41,380 nucleotides of DNA from an uncultured Myxococcales bacterium (GTDB taxonomy: Bacteria; Desulfobacterota; Binatia; UBA1149; CAYXZP01): the NCBI GenBank assembly GCA_964469485.1, contig CAYXZP010000005.1, forward strand, positions 1 to 41,380. Reading direction: 5' to 3'. The number at the start of each line of letters is the position of its first letter. Position 1 is the stretch's first letter. Positions 9,095 through 17,400 of this stretch are shown here, in pieces. The position numbers were made by a program, and so were the translations under genes. The notes under the pieces were generated by a model. It searched no databases and was not told the origin of the DNA. It was given only the letters and a program-made list of their open reading frames with translations.

Positions 9095-9739
9095 GTGACC
9101 ACGAGATCGACTGCGGCTTTTGCGCAGACAGGCAGGAAGCTCGGCCCGCGCGCGCTCAAGACACGTGCGCGCCTTCTCGACGCCACCGCCGAGTTGCTCC
9201 AGGAACGAAGCGTGCTCGAGCTGTCGGCCGCGGAGATAGCGCGCAAGGTCAGCACCTCACCGGCGACCTTCTACCACTACTTCAAGGACGTAGAGGAGGT
9301 GGCCCTTGCCCTTGCCGAGCGCGCGGCGGCCGAGATGCCGGCCATACTCCAACTCGTCAAAGGCCCCTGGCAGGGGCCCGAGGGATTGGAGACCGCCCGC
9401 AAGATCGTGCGCGCCTTCGTCGACCATTGGGACAAGCACCACGCCGTCCTCCAGCTCAGGAACTTGGCCGCCGACCGCGGCGATGTTCGCTTCATCCGTG
9501 TAAGACGCGACGCTCTCGGCCCCTTTCTCGACCGTCTGGCCCAAGCCGTCGCCGCGGCCAAGGCGGAAGGCCATATCGCGGCCGACGTGCATCCCTACGT
9601 GGCGGCGGCATCGATCGGCTCCATGCTCGAACGCCTGGCGGCCTACCACAGCGACCTTGAACGTTTCGATGTAGGACGCACCGATGTCATCGAGACCTGC
9701 GCCCAAGTATTCCATCAGATAGTCACCGGCCGGCCCTGA
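9095..9739 (+). CDS. TetR/AcrR family transcriptional regulator
   Basis: TRARLLDA...LSAAEIARKVSTSPATFYHYFKDVEE helix-turn-helix; 214 aa; divergent from the ACAD. Confidence 0.92.
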   Translation: MTTRSTAAFAQTGRKLGPRALKTRARLLDATAELLQERSVLELSAAEIARKVSTSPATFYHYFKDVEEVALALAERAAAEMPAILQLVKGPWQGPEGLETARKIVRAFVDHWDKHHAVLQLRNLAADRGDVRFIRVRRDALGPFLDRLAQAVAAAKAEGHIAADVHPYVAAASIGSMLERLAAYHSDLERFDVGRTDVIETCAQVFHQIVTGRP

Positions 9740-9759
9740 ACCAGACAAGGATCCCCGTA

Positions 9760-11427
9760 GTGCGAAGCATCGATGACATAGAGCGCGAGCTCTTGGCCCC
9801 GGGCGGCGCCTTCGAGACCACGACCGGCGAGGTGATGGGCGAATCGATGGCGGTCTTCAAGAACCGTCCCGGCTCGCTGCGCCAGGTTCTCGAGAACTCG
9901 GCCGGCTTCGGTGAGGCTGAATACCTCGTCTGCGATGATCTGAGGATAAGTTTCGCCGAGCACGCCGGCTTGGTGGCCGCCGTCGCCGAGGTCTTCCGCC
10001 GCGACTACGCCATCGGCAAGGGTGACCGCGTCGCCATACTGGCGGCCAACTGTCCGGAGTGGATCGTATGTTTCTGGGCCGCTCTGTCTTTGGGGGCCAT
10101 CGCCACGGGTCTCAACGGCTGGTGGGTCCGCGACGAGATCATGTACGGGCTTGGCGACTCGGAGCCCAAGTTGCTCATCGGCGACCGCAAACGCCTCGAC
10201 CGTATCGAGGGGGAAAAGCTCCCATGTCCCACGATCGAGATCGAGAGCGCCTTTCCCGAACTCTGGCAGCGCTATCCTGAGGCCGAACTCCCAGCGCTAG
10301 AGATCGCCGAGGACGACGCGGCGACCATCCTTTATACTAGCGGCACCACGGGACGGCCCAAGGGGGCCGTGTCCACACACGGCAACATTGTCGCGATGAC
10401 GCAGGTGCAGATGTTCCACGGAATACGCGCGTTGATGTGGAACAGCGACAAAGCGGCCCACGGCGCGGGACTTGCCAGCACGATGCTCTGCAACACGCCG
10501 CTCTTCCACGTATCCGGGCTTTTCGCCGCCGGGGTGACCATGCTGGCCGGCGGCGTGAAGACGGTGTGGACGCGCGGACGCTTCGACCCGGTCAAGGTTC
10601 TCGAACTTATCCAAGCCGAGAAGGTCACCAACTGGGGCCCCATGGGCACGATGCTCCACCGCACCCTCAACCATCCGGACCTGGACAGGTACGACCTATC
10701 CACGATCCAGAATCTCGGAACGGGCGGGGCGCCTCTCAGCCCCGGGTTGCAAGCCAGGATGCGCGAGGCCTTCCCGAACGCGCGCGACTACATAAGCGTC
10801 GGATACGGACTGACCGAGTCCACCGCACTTGCGAGCACGATCTTCGGCGAGGACCTCGAGAAGCATCCGGATTCGGTCGGCCGCCCCCTGCCGACCGTCG
10901 CCGTCGAGATACGCGACGGCCGTGGCCGGGCGCTCCCCGAGGGCGAGGAAGGGGAGATCTGCATGAGGAGCCCGCTCGTCATGAAGGAGTACTGGCGCCG
11001 TCCCGAGGAAACGGCCGAAATCATCGGGCCCGGCCGCTGGCTTCGTACCGGGGATATAGGCCGGCTAGACGACGGACGCCTCTACATAGCCACGCGCAAA
11101 CGCGACCTCATCCTGCGCGGCGCCGAGAACATCTATCCCGTCGAGATCGAGCAGTGCCTCGAAGCACACCCGGCGGTCGACGAGGCCGCCGTAATAGGCG
11201 TCGACCACGAGGAACTCGGACAGGAGGTGAAGGCCGTGGTCGTCTTGGCAGAGGGGGCCGGGGCCACGGCCGAGGAGCTCGGCGCGTGGACCGCCGAGCG
11301 CCTTGCCTACTACAAGGTGCCCGCCCACTGGGACCTGCGCAAAGAACGGCTGCCGAGAAACGCCACCGGCAAGGTCCTCAAAAAGTTGCTCGAAGAGGGC
11401 GGCCAAAGCGCCTTTATCGACGACTAG
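9760..11427 (+). CDS. Long-chain fatty acid-CoA ligase / class I adenylate-forming enzyme
   Basis: YTSGTTGRPKG, PLFHV, GYGLTE, RTGDIG, RKRDLILRGAENIYP, PRNATGKV. Confidence 0.93.
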   Translation: MRSIDDIERELLAPGGAFETTTGEVMGESMAVFKNRPGSLRQVLENSAGFGEAEYLVCDDLRISFAEHAGLVAAVAEVFRRDYAIGKGDRVAILAANCPEWIVCFWAALSLGAIATGLNGWWVRDEIMYGLGDSEPKLLIGDRKRLDRIEGEKLPCPTIEIESAFPELWQRYPEAELPALEIAEDDAATILYTSGTTGRPKGAVSTHGNIVAMTQVQMFHGIRALMWNSDKAAHGAGLASTMLCNTPLFHVSGLFAAGVTMLAGGVKTVWTRGRFDPVKVLELIQAEKVTNWGPMGTMLHRTLNHPDLDRYDLSTIQNLGTGGAPLSPGLQARMREAFPNARDYISVGYGLTESTALASTIFGEDLEKHPDSVGRPLPTVAVEIRDGRGRALPEGEEGEICMRSPLVMKEYWRRPEETAEIIGPGRWLRTGDIGRLDDGRLYIATRKRDLILRGAENIYPVEIEQCLEAHPAVDEAAVIGVDHEELGQEVKAVVVLAEGAGATAEELGAWTAERLAYYKVPAHWDLRKERLPRNATGKVLKKLLEEGGQSAFIDD

Positions 11428-11453
11428 CCCCCAAAAGGGTGGGTCCCGGCCTG

Positions 11454-11483
11454 TTGACGAACCCCTGCCCACGGGGTCAGATT
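11454..11483 (+). promoter_or_regulatory. Possible promoter of the secreted-protein cluster
   Basis: TTGACG (11454-11459), 18 bp spacer, CAGATT (11478-11483); the -10 match is weak. Confidence 0.3.
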
Positions 11484-11510
11484 GGAGACCTGGGCTAGGG
11501 CAGACCGGGT

Positions 11511-13418
11511 GTGATGGCAGGAACTTTCCTAAGAGCGATAGCGTGCGTCCTAATACTGGGCCTCACGGCCGGTCCGGCCCTGGCTCAGACCACCGACGAT
11601 TACCTCTGCTACAAATCGAAGGTCAGCAAGGGCACGACCAAGTTCTCCAAGGTGAACAGTCTATCGGTCACCGATTTTCTCGAGTCTGGATCCGTCGATG
11701 TAAAGAAACCCAAACTGGTCTGCGCGCCGGCCTCGGCCGACGGACAAGCGGACGACGCCGACACCCATCTAGCTGCGTACTCGGCCAAGGTCGGGCGCAA
11801 CTCGGCCAAGCACACCCGCCTCGACGATTTTCGCGTTGCCACCGAGTTGGGCGTGATGTTCCTCAACACCATAAAGGGACACCTCTTGCTGGTACCCGCC
11901 GCGGTCGACCAGAGTGCGGCCGTGGCCGCCCCCGACCCGGCCTCCCACACGGTCGATGCCTTTCGGTGCTACAAGACCAAGAAGCCCAAGGGTTTCAAAA
12001 AGATCCGGTCCCACACCGCCAACGACTGGATGAGCGGCACGCGCAGCTACGACCTGAGCAAGCCCTCGCACTTCTGTCCGCCGGCCAACATCAACGGTGA
12101 GAGCCTCGTGGACGCTGACTCGCATTTGGTCTGTTACAAGGCCAAGGCGTCAAAAGGGCAGGCCCGTCACCAACCGCTGGCCGGCCTTCACACCAACGAA
12201 CGTTTCGGCCCGCTCCAGCTCGATACCAAGAAGGAGGCACTGTTGTGCATGCCGACCACGGCCGTCCAGGGCTGCGGCGATGCGGTCTTACAAGAAGGCG
12301 AACAGTGCGACGACGGCAATAAGAATTCGGGCGACGGTTGCAGCGCCGGGTGTCAGTCGGAGCTTCCGCTCACGATCAAGGTCGTCAACATGAACATCCT
12401 GCACGATATCACCCAGGGCAACGTCGGCTTTGAACAGATAAACGACCGCTTGACCCTTCTTGCCGACGAGTTGGCGGCGGCCGATCCCGACATCGTAACG
12501 ATGCAAGAGGTCGTGCTGGGGGTAAGCGACGCCGCCCGGCGTGTCACCGACGACCTGGCCGAGCGTTACGGAATGGCCTATCACTACGTGAGCTATGGCG
12601 CGACGGTGGGCAACGCCGTGTTTAGCCGCTGGCCCGTCGTGCTCGAGGAGGTCACGCGCCTGCCGACCCCGGAAACCGTGGAGTATCACCCCGACCGGCG
12701 CTTCGCCGCCCGCGCGGTCGTCAGCTCCCCCATCGGACCGCTCGATGTCTACTCGATGCACATGTGTGCGGGCAGCATTGGCTGCAACCCGGCCGCCCGC
12801 GTCGTTCAGATGGGTGAGTTCATCGACTTCGTCGAGGCCACCCACACGAGCCGTCACCCGGCCATTGTGGGCGGCGATTTCAATTCGCGCCATGGCAGCA
12901 GCCCGGATGCCAATCCGACGAGCGGGCCGGCCATGCAGGCCATGCTCGACCAGGGCTGGTGGCCGGTCTTCGACGGCTCCGATGCCCCCTGCAACCCGCC
13001 CGGCGACCGTTCGGGTTGCACCGACAACATCGACGACCTGACGGTGGCCGCCGACACGGCCGAGCGTCGTATCGACAACATCCTTCTTGTCGCCGGTTCG
13101 GCTTCCAGCAGTGAGGGCCCGGCCACGGCTGCAGCCGAACTGGGCCCGACCTCGCGTTTTGGCGACCAAGCGCTGGCCGACCCCAACCCACGCTGCGTGT
13201 TCACGCCGCGCGACTATTGCCAGGACAACTTCGACTGCGGCCTTCTCGAGCCGCAGGTCTATTGCTCCCGCAACGACTTCTGCCAGACCATCATTGCGTG
13301 CGCCGAGGACAGCGATTGTCCGAGCGAGACCTACGGTGAGATGGTCTGCGGCACCACGCTGTGGATATCCGACCACGTCGGCGTTCAGACCACGATCATC
13401 ATCGAGGACGGCAACTGA
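11511..13418 (+). CDS. Secreted multidomain protein: duplicated Cys/Lys-rich domain + myxococcal Cys-rich repeat + endonuclease/exonuclease/phosphatase (EEP) domain
   Basis: Signal peptide (ALA-Q); CGDAVLQEGEQCDDGNKNSGDGCSAGC; EEP motifs NMNI, MQEV, GNAVFSRWP, GGDFN, RIDNI, SDHVGV. Start is GTG 11511 or ATG 11514. Confidence 0.8.
   Translation: MMAGTFLRAIACVLILGLTAGPALAQTTDDYLCYKSKVSKGTTKFSKVNSLSVTDFLESGSVDVKKPKLVCAPASADGQADDADTHLAAYSAKVGRNSAKHTRLDDFRVATELGVMFLNTIKGHLLLVPAAVDQSAAVAAPDPASHTVDAFRCYKTKKPKGFKKIRSHTANDWMSGTRSYDLSKPSHFCPPANINGESLVDADSHLVCYKAKASKGQARHQPLAGLHTNERFGPLQLDTKKEALLCMPTTAVQGCGDAVLQEGEQCDDGNKNSGDGCSAGCQSELPLTIKVVNMNILHDITQGNVGFEQINDRLTLLADELAAADPDIVTMQEVVLGVSDAARRVTDDLAERYGMAYHYVSYGATVGNAVFSRWPVVLEEVTRLPTPETVEYHPDRRFAARAVVSSPIGPLDVYSMHMCAGSIGCNPAARVVQMGEFIDFVEATHTSRHPAIVGGDFNSRHGSSPDANPTSGPAMQAMLDQGWWPVFDGSDAPCNPPGDRSGCTDNIDDLTVAADTAERRIDNILLVAGSASSSEGPATAAAELGPTSRFGDQALADPNPRCVFTPRDYCQDNFDCGLLEPQVYCSRNDFCQTIIACAEDSDCPSETYGEMVCGTTLWISDHVGVQTTIIIEDGN
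12273..12362 (+). repeat. Single myxococcal-type cysteine-rich repeat (CGDG..EQCDDGN..GDGCS..C)
   Basis: Protein motif CGDAVLQEGEQCDDGNKNSGDGCSAGCQSE. Confidence 0.8.
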
Positions 13419-13420
13419 CG

Positions 13421-15067
13421 GTGAATCGTTTCCCGGCGCTGGCGGCGGCCTTTGTGGCCGCGTTCTTTATCTGTGGCACCGATGCCGGAGCCGCTATAGA
13501 CGGCGAGACCCTTTGCCGGGTGAAGAAGCTCACGGCCTGCGCCAGACGGACCAAGGCCGAGTTGGGGTGTCACGCCAAGGCGATGAGGAAAGGAGCCGCC
13601 GTCGACCAGTCCTGTCTAGACAAGGCCGCCACCAAGTTCGGCAAGGCCATGACCAAGGCCGAGGCTCGGACCGCTTGCGGGCGCCCCGGCACGGCCGCCA
13701 CCGCGGGCGCGAAGATAGACGCCTACACGGCCGCCACGCTGGCCGCGGTGCCGGGGACGGCCAAGTGCAGCCAGACCAAGCTCAAGGCGACGGCCAAGAC
13801 CGCGATGAAGCTGTTGAAGGCCGTGGCCAAGAACGACAAGAAGCCGAGCGTGGCCAGGTTCTCCCGCGGCTTTGCCAAGGCGAAGGCCGCGCTTGTCAGG
13901 GTCTTCGCCAAGGCCGACGCCAAGGGCGGTTGCCAGGTGACCGGCGACGGCGTCGCAATGGTGGACGCCACCGATGCCTTCGTGGAGAACCTCGTCGACC
14001 TGCCCGCGCCCGATTGTCCCGCCCAGTTGCTCTACGGATCCGAAGGTAACCGGTTGCGCCGTTATGACGTCGATACCATCGGCAGCGGCAACCAGCTCGA
14101 CGACATCTTGATCGAACGCGCAGCCATCGACCCGAACGGCCGCGACATCAACGGCCAGATCTGTGCCATTCCCGGCGGCGGTTTCGTGGCCGGCGAGGAC
14201 ACCGGCCAACCCCACCCGCCGGCCGGCTGGGGCGTGTTCGACGCCGACGGCGACCAGGTCGGGAAGCTCACGCCGACCTACCAGGCCGGCCACGACCCAC
14301 CCGAACCCTTCGGTTGCTCGGTCGGCCCCGGCGGGCACCTTTTCACATCATCGCTGGGCAACCAGGCCTCGGGCGCCTTCACCGGCCAGCTCATCATGTG
14401 GTTCCCGCCCTACGACGGGTTCCCCGGCCAACCCGGCGAGTATCCCGGTACGGACGCGACCAGCCAGAACTTCTGCAAGCTGGCGACCAACTTGGGTACG
14501 GCCGGGAGCGTGACAACGGACTCCGGCGGCAATGTCTACGTCACGGCCGCACGTAGCCTGACGGTATGGAAGTTCGCGCCGCCCTTTCCGACATCGGCCG
14601 ACGGGGCCGGCGGCTGCGGCGCAACCGACGCCACGGGGTCGCCGGCGGCCGACGAGGTCGACGTATCGGTCTTTGTGGGCGCAGCCAACGTCGGTACCGC
14701 GACCGGCATCGTGCAGGCGGCCGGCGGCAACTTCTACGTGGCCGGGGTACTGACCGGCCTCATTGCCGAGTTCACGCCCGGCGGCGACTTCGTCCGGCAG
14801 ATACTCGAACCGCCCGCGGGCGAGACCGAGTTGCCGCTTTCGACCGGACATCCCCAGGGCCTCGCCATCGACTGCAAAGGCAATCTATACTTCGCCGACA
14901 TGGCCCTCGTTAACGACAATGGCAACCTCGGGCCCGGCCCCGACGGCAAGGTGCGCCGCATCAGCTTCGACCTTGCCGGCAACACCAAGAAGGTCGAGGT
15001 TGTAAAGAGCGGGCTCGCCTACCCGGACGGGCTCGGCATCATGCCCGGAGACCTCGAGGGCAACTGA
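13421..15067 (+). CDS. Secreted protein: Lys/Ala/Cys-rich helical domain + NHL/SMP-30-like beta-propeller
   Basis: Start moved to GTG 13421, 2 nt after the previous stop; signal peptide; propeller blades PFGCSVGPGGHLF, TTDSGGNVYVT, AAGGNFYVA, PQGLAIDCKGNLYFAD, GLAYPDGLGI. Confidence 0.72.
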   Translation: MNRFPALAAAFVAAFFICGTDAGAAIDGETLCRVKKLTACARRTKAELGCHAKAMRKGAAVDQSCLDKAATKFGKAMTKAEARTACGRPGTAATAGAKIDAYTAATLAAVPGTAKCSQTKLKATAKTAMKLLKAVAKNDKKPSVARFSRGFAKAKAALVRVFAKADAKGGCQVTGDGVAMVDATDAFVENLVDLPAPDCPAQLLYGSEGNRLRRYDVDTIGSGNQLDDILIERAAIDPNGRDINGQICAIPGGGFVAGEDTGQPHPPAGWGVFDADGDQVGKLTPTYQAGHDPPEPFGCSVGPGGHLFTSSLGNQASGAFTGQLIMWFPPYDGFPGQPGEYPGTDATSQNFCKLATNLGTAGSVTTDSGGNVYVTAARSLTVWKFAPPFPTSADGAGGCGATDATGSPAADEVDVSVFVGAANVGTATGIVQAAGGNFYVAGVLTGLIAEFTPGGDFVRQILEPPAGETELPLSTGHPQGLAIDCKGNLYFADMALVNDNGNLGPGPDGKVRRISFDLAGNTKKVEVVKSGLAYPDGLGIMPGDLEGN

Positions 15068-15068
15068 C

Positions 15069-17252
15069 ATGGCCCGCCGCTTCCTCGCCACCCTGCTGGC
15101 GGCCACGCTGACACTGGCCGCCTCGCCCGTGGCCGCCGACGATTGGCCGACCTATGCGGGTGGCCCGCGCCGATTGTTCTTCAACCCGGCCGAGACCAGC
15201 GTGAACCCGGACAACGTCCACCGGCTGCGCACCAAGTGGACCCTGCTGGCGGGGGCCATAGTGACGGCCTCGCCGTCGGTCGTAACGGTCGATGTCCCCG
15301 GAGAGGGCAGCCAAAAGATCGCCTACATACAGTCCTGGGACGGGCTGCTCTACGCGGTTCGTGTTGCCGACGGCACGCCGCTTTGGACCTTCACTACGTC
15401 TCACCACCCGGGAGCCTCCTATCCGGGCGCCGCCTCTGTGCACGTGGAGGATATCGGAGGCGAGCTGACCGTACTCTTTGGTGCCGGCGAGGTCTTTTAC
15501 TCGCTATCGGCTGTGACGGGCCAGGAGAACTGGCGTTTTACGGCCGGCACCGGCTGTGACGACGGCCCGGGACTTTGCGGGTTCGCCAACGAGAGGAACG
15601 AGATCGAGTCCTCGCCCATAGTCGCCGACGGCAAGGTCTTCTTCGGCATGGACGTCAACGACGTTGAGACCGGCAAGGGCGGCTTCTACGCCCTCGACGT
15701 CGATGACGGCCGGCTGGCCTGGTTCTTCGACCTCGAGAGCGGCGCCACATGCCGGCCGGACCCGGGCGACGATATCCGCCGCTTTGACGGTTACCACAGC
15801 GAAGCCGAACTGGCGCTGCCGGCGGATTTTCTGGCCACCCGCGCCGGCTGCGCCTTCGACCGCAGTTCCACGGGCTGCGGTAACGTTTGGTCCTCGCCGG
15901 CCCTCGACGAGGCCCGCGGTATGATCTTCTTCGCGTCGAGCAACTGCGACACCGACAACGACCCGACCACGACCATGCCGGCCGGACCCATGCCGCCCTA
16001 TGACGAGGCGGTGGTGGCGATCGACCTCGACGGCACTCCGGCCTGGCGCTGGCGCCCGCGCGAGGTCGACAACGACGACCTGGCCTTCGGCGCCGTGCCC
16101 AACCTGTTCAGCATCGAGGTAGGCGGCAGCTCGCGCGAGGTGCTCGGCATAGGGAACAAGGACGGTTTTTACTACGTTCTCGACCGCGACGGCATAAACG
16201 AGACAAGCGGTGTCGCGTGGAACGACGCCGACCCGAGTTTTCTTCCTTACTGGAAAACCCAGGTCGTACCGGGCGGCGAAATAGGCGGTATCCCCGCCAC
16301 GGCCTCCGTAGATGAGGACGAGCGGCGGATATACTTCAGCACCGCACCGGGCACCAACCCGGTGGCACCCCAACAACCGACCGTTCACTCGCTAGACATG
16401 GATACGGGCGATATCGTCTGGACCAACTCGGCCGACGGATTCGCCGATGCCAGTTTCGCGCCCACGAGCGCGGTACCGGGCCTGGTGTTCATCGGCAGCG
16501 TCGTCGAGAAGGGGCTGCGGATCTACGACAGCGCGACCGGCGAGAAACTTGCCTCACCGTACGTCGGTTTCGGGATCGCCTCGGCGGCGGCCGTCGTCGA
16601 CGGTACCGTCATGCTCGGTCACGGCACCGGGGAACTGGTCGCCGACCGCAGCGAACCCTCCGACATCGTGGCCCGCCTGCCGTCGCGATTGACGGCTCTT
16701 TGCGTGGTGGGAAACCCGGGTTGCCGCACGGTGGTCAAGGGCAAGAAGCTGATTATGAAGGACCGCGCGGGCGATGCTTCCAAGAGACGGCTTGTGGCGC
16801 TGTCCAAGGACCGCACGGCCATTGTGGCCCCCGAACCGGGTTCGGCAGCCGACCCCACCGTCGTGGGCGCAAGCCTCGTCATCAAGAACCCGGCAAGCGG
16901 CGAGAACCAGACCTTCGAGCTACCGGCCCCGGCCTGGAAGGGAGGCGGCCGGCCAGCCGGCGCCAAGGGCTACAAATACAAGGACGGCGCCGGTGTGAAC
17001 GGACCCTGCAAGAAAGCCGTCATCAGACCCGGCAAGATGCTCAAGGTCTCGTGCAGGGGAGCGGGCATCAGCTTCGACCTCGACGAGAACTCGCAGGGCT
17101 CGCTCGCCGTGAGGCTCGCCTTCGGCAACGAGGCCGGCGTCGAACAGTGCATGCTCTTCGGCGGCGATGTCTCACGTGACATTGGGACACTGCTAAGGAG
17201 TTCGGGGCTGTTCAAGGCCAAGGGTGCCCCGGCGCCGGCCACCTGTCGGTGA
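15069..17252 (+). CDS. Secreted PQQ-like (BamB/quinoprotein-type) beta-propeller with Lys/Cys-rich C-terminal domain
   Basis: Signal peptide; DWPTYAG...LRTKW, SPSV, YAV..ADG..LWTF, SSPIVADGKVFFG, WSSPALD, GNKDGFYYVLDR, LDMDTGDIVW repeats; no CxxCH. Confidence 0.78.
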   Translation: MARRFLATLLAATLTLAASPVAADDWPTYAGGPRRLFFNPAETSVNPDNVHRLRTKWTLLAGAIVTASPSVVTVDVPGEGSQKIAYIQSWDGLLYAVRVADGTPLWTFTTSHHPGASYPGAASVHVEDIGGELTVLFGAGEVFYSLSAVTGQENWRFTAGTGCDDGPGLCGFANERNEIESSPIVADGKVFFGMDVNDVETGKGGFYALDVDDGRLAWFFDLESGATCRPDPGDDIRRFDGYHSEAELALPADFLATRAGCAFDRSSTGCGNVWSSPALDEARGMIFFASSNCDTDNDPTTTMPAGPMPPYDEAVVAIDLDGTPAWRWRPREVDNDDLAFGAVPNLFSIEVGGSSREVLGIGNKDGFYYVLDRDGINETSGVAWNDADPSFLPYWKTQVVPGGEIGGIPATASVDEDERRIYFSTAPGTNPVAPQQPTVHSLDMDTGDIVWTNSADGFADASFAPTSAVPGLVFIGSVVEKGLRIYDSATGEKLASPYVGFGIASAAAVVDGTVMLGHGTGELVADRSEPSDIVARLPSRLTALCVVGNPGCRTVVKGKKLIMKDRAGDASKRRLVALSKDRTAIVAPEPGSAADPTVVGASLVIKNPASGENQTFELPAPAWKGGGRPAGAKGYKYKDGAGVNGPCKKAVIRPGKMLKVSCRGAGISFDLDENSQGSLAVRLAFGNEAGVEQCMLFGGDVSRDIGTLLRSSGLFKAKGAPAPATCR

Positions 17253-17272
17253 CCGCCCGGACAAAGAAAGCA

Positions 17273-17300
17273 CCGTTGCCCCCCTGTCGGGGGGGCACGG
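17273..17300. terminator. GC-rich hairpin after the PQQ-propeller gene (possible terminator or mRNA stabiliser)
   Basis: ccgt-t-gcccccct-gtc-gggggggc-acgg; the A-rich tract (acaaagaaag) is on its 5' side, so the U-tract is on the minus strand. Confidence 0.5.
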
Positions 17301-17343
17301 ACGCCCTCAGAGCCCTTTCCCAGCCTGCGCGGCGGCAGGCCAC

Positions 17344-17373
17344 TTGACGCATCGTCAACCGAGGGTTTAGGCT
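17344..17373 (+). promoter_or_regulatory. Promoter TTGACG-N18-TAGGCT with palindromic operator TTGAC-N5-GTCAA (site 2) overlapping the -35
   Basis: ttgacgcatcgtcaa at 17344-17358; TAGGCT at 17368-17373; GGGGAGG RBS before ATG 17401. Confidence 0.6.
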
Positions 17374-17400
17374 TGGACGATAAGCTGGGGAGGACGCACG

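Noticed and set aside
9016-9255. N-terminal extension of the ACAD overlapping the TetR gene
   Set aside because: The ACAD consensus begins at ATG 9015; the extension crosses the operator region.
11454-11482. Possible fourth TGAC-N5-GTCA site (ttgacgaacc...gtcagat) upstream of the secreted cluster
   Set aside because: Both half-sites are present but 17 bp apart rather than 5; kept only as a possible -35 element.
12288-13376. 362-aa minus-strand ORF antisense to the EEP protein
   Set aside because: Mirror-frame artefact with no recognisable domain or RBS.
17344-17358. FNR/CRP box interpretation of TTGAC-N5-GTCAA
   Set aside because: FNR is TTGAT-N4-ATCAA and CRP is TGTGA-N6-TCACA; spacing and bases do not fit.
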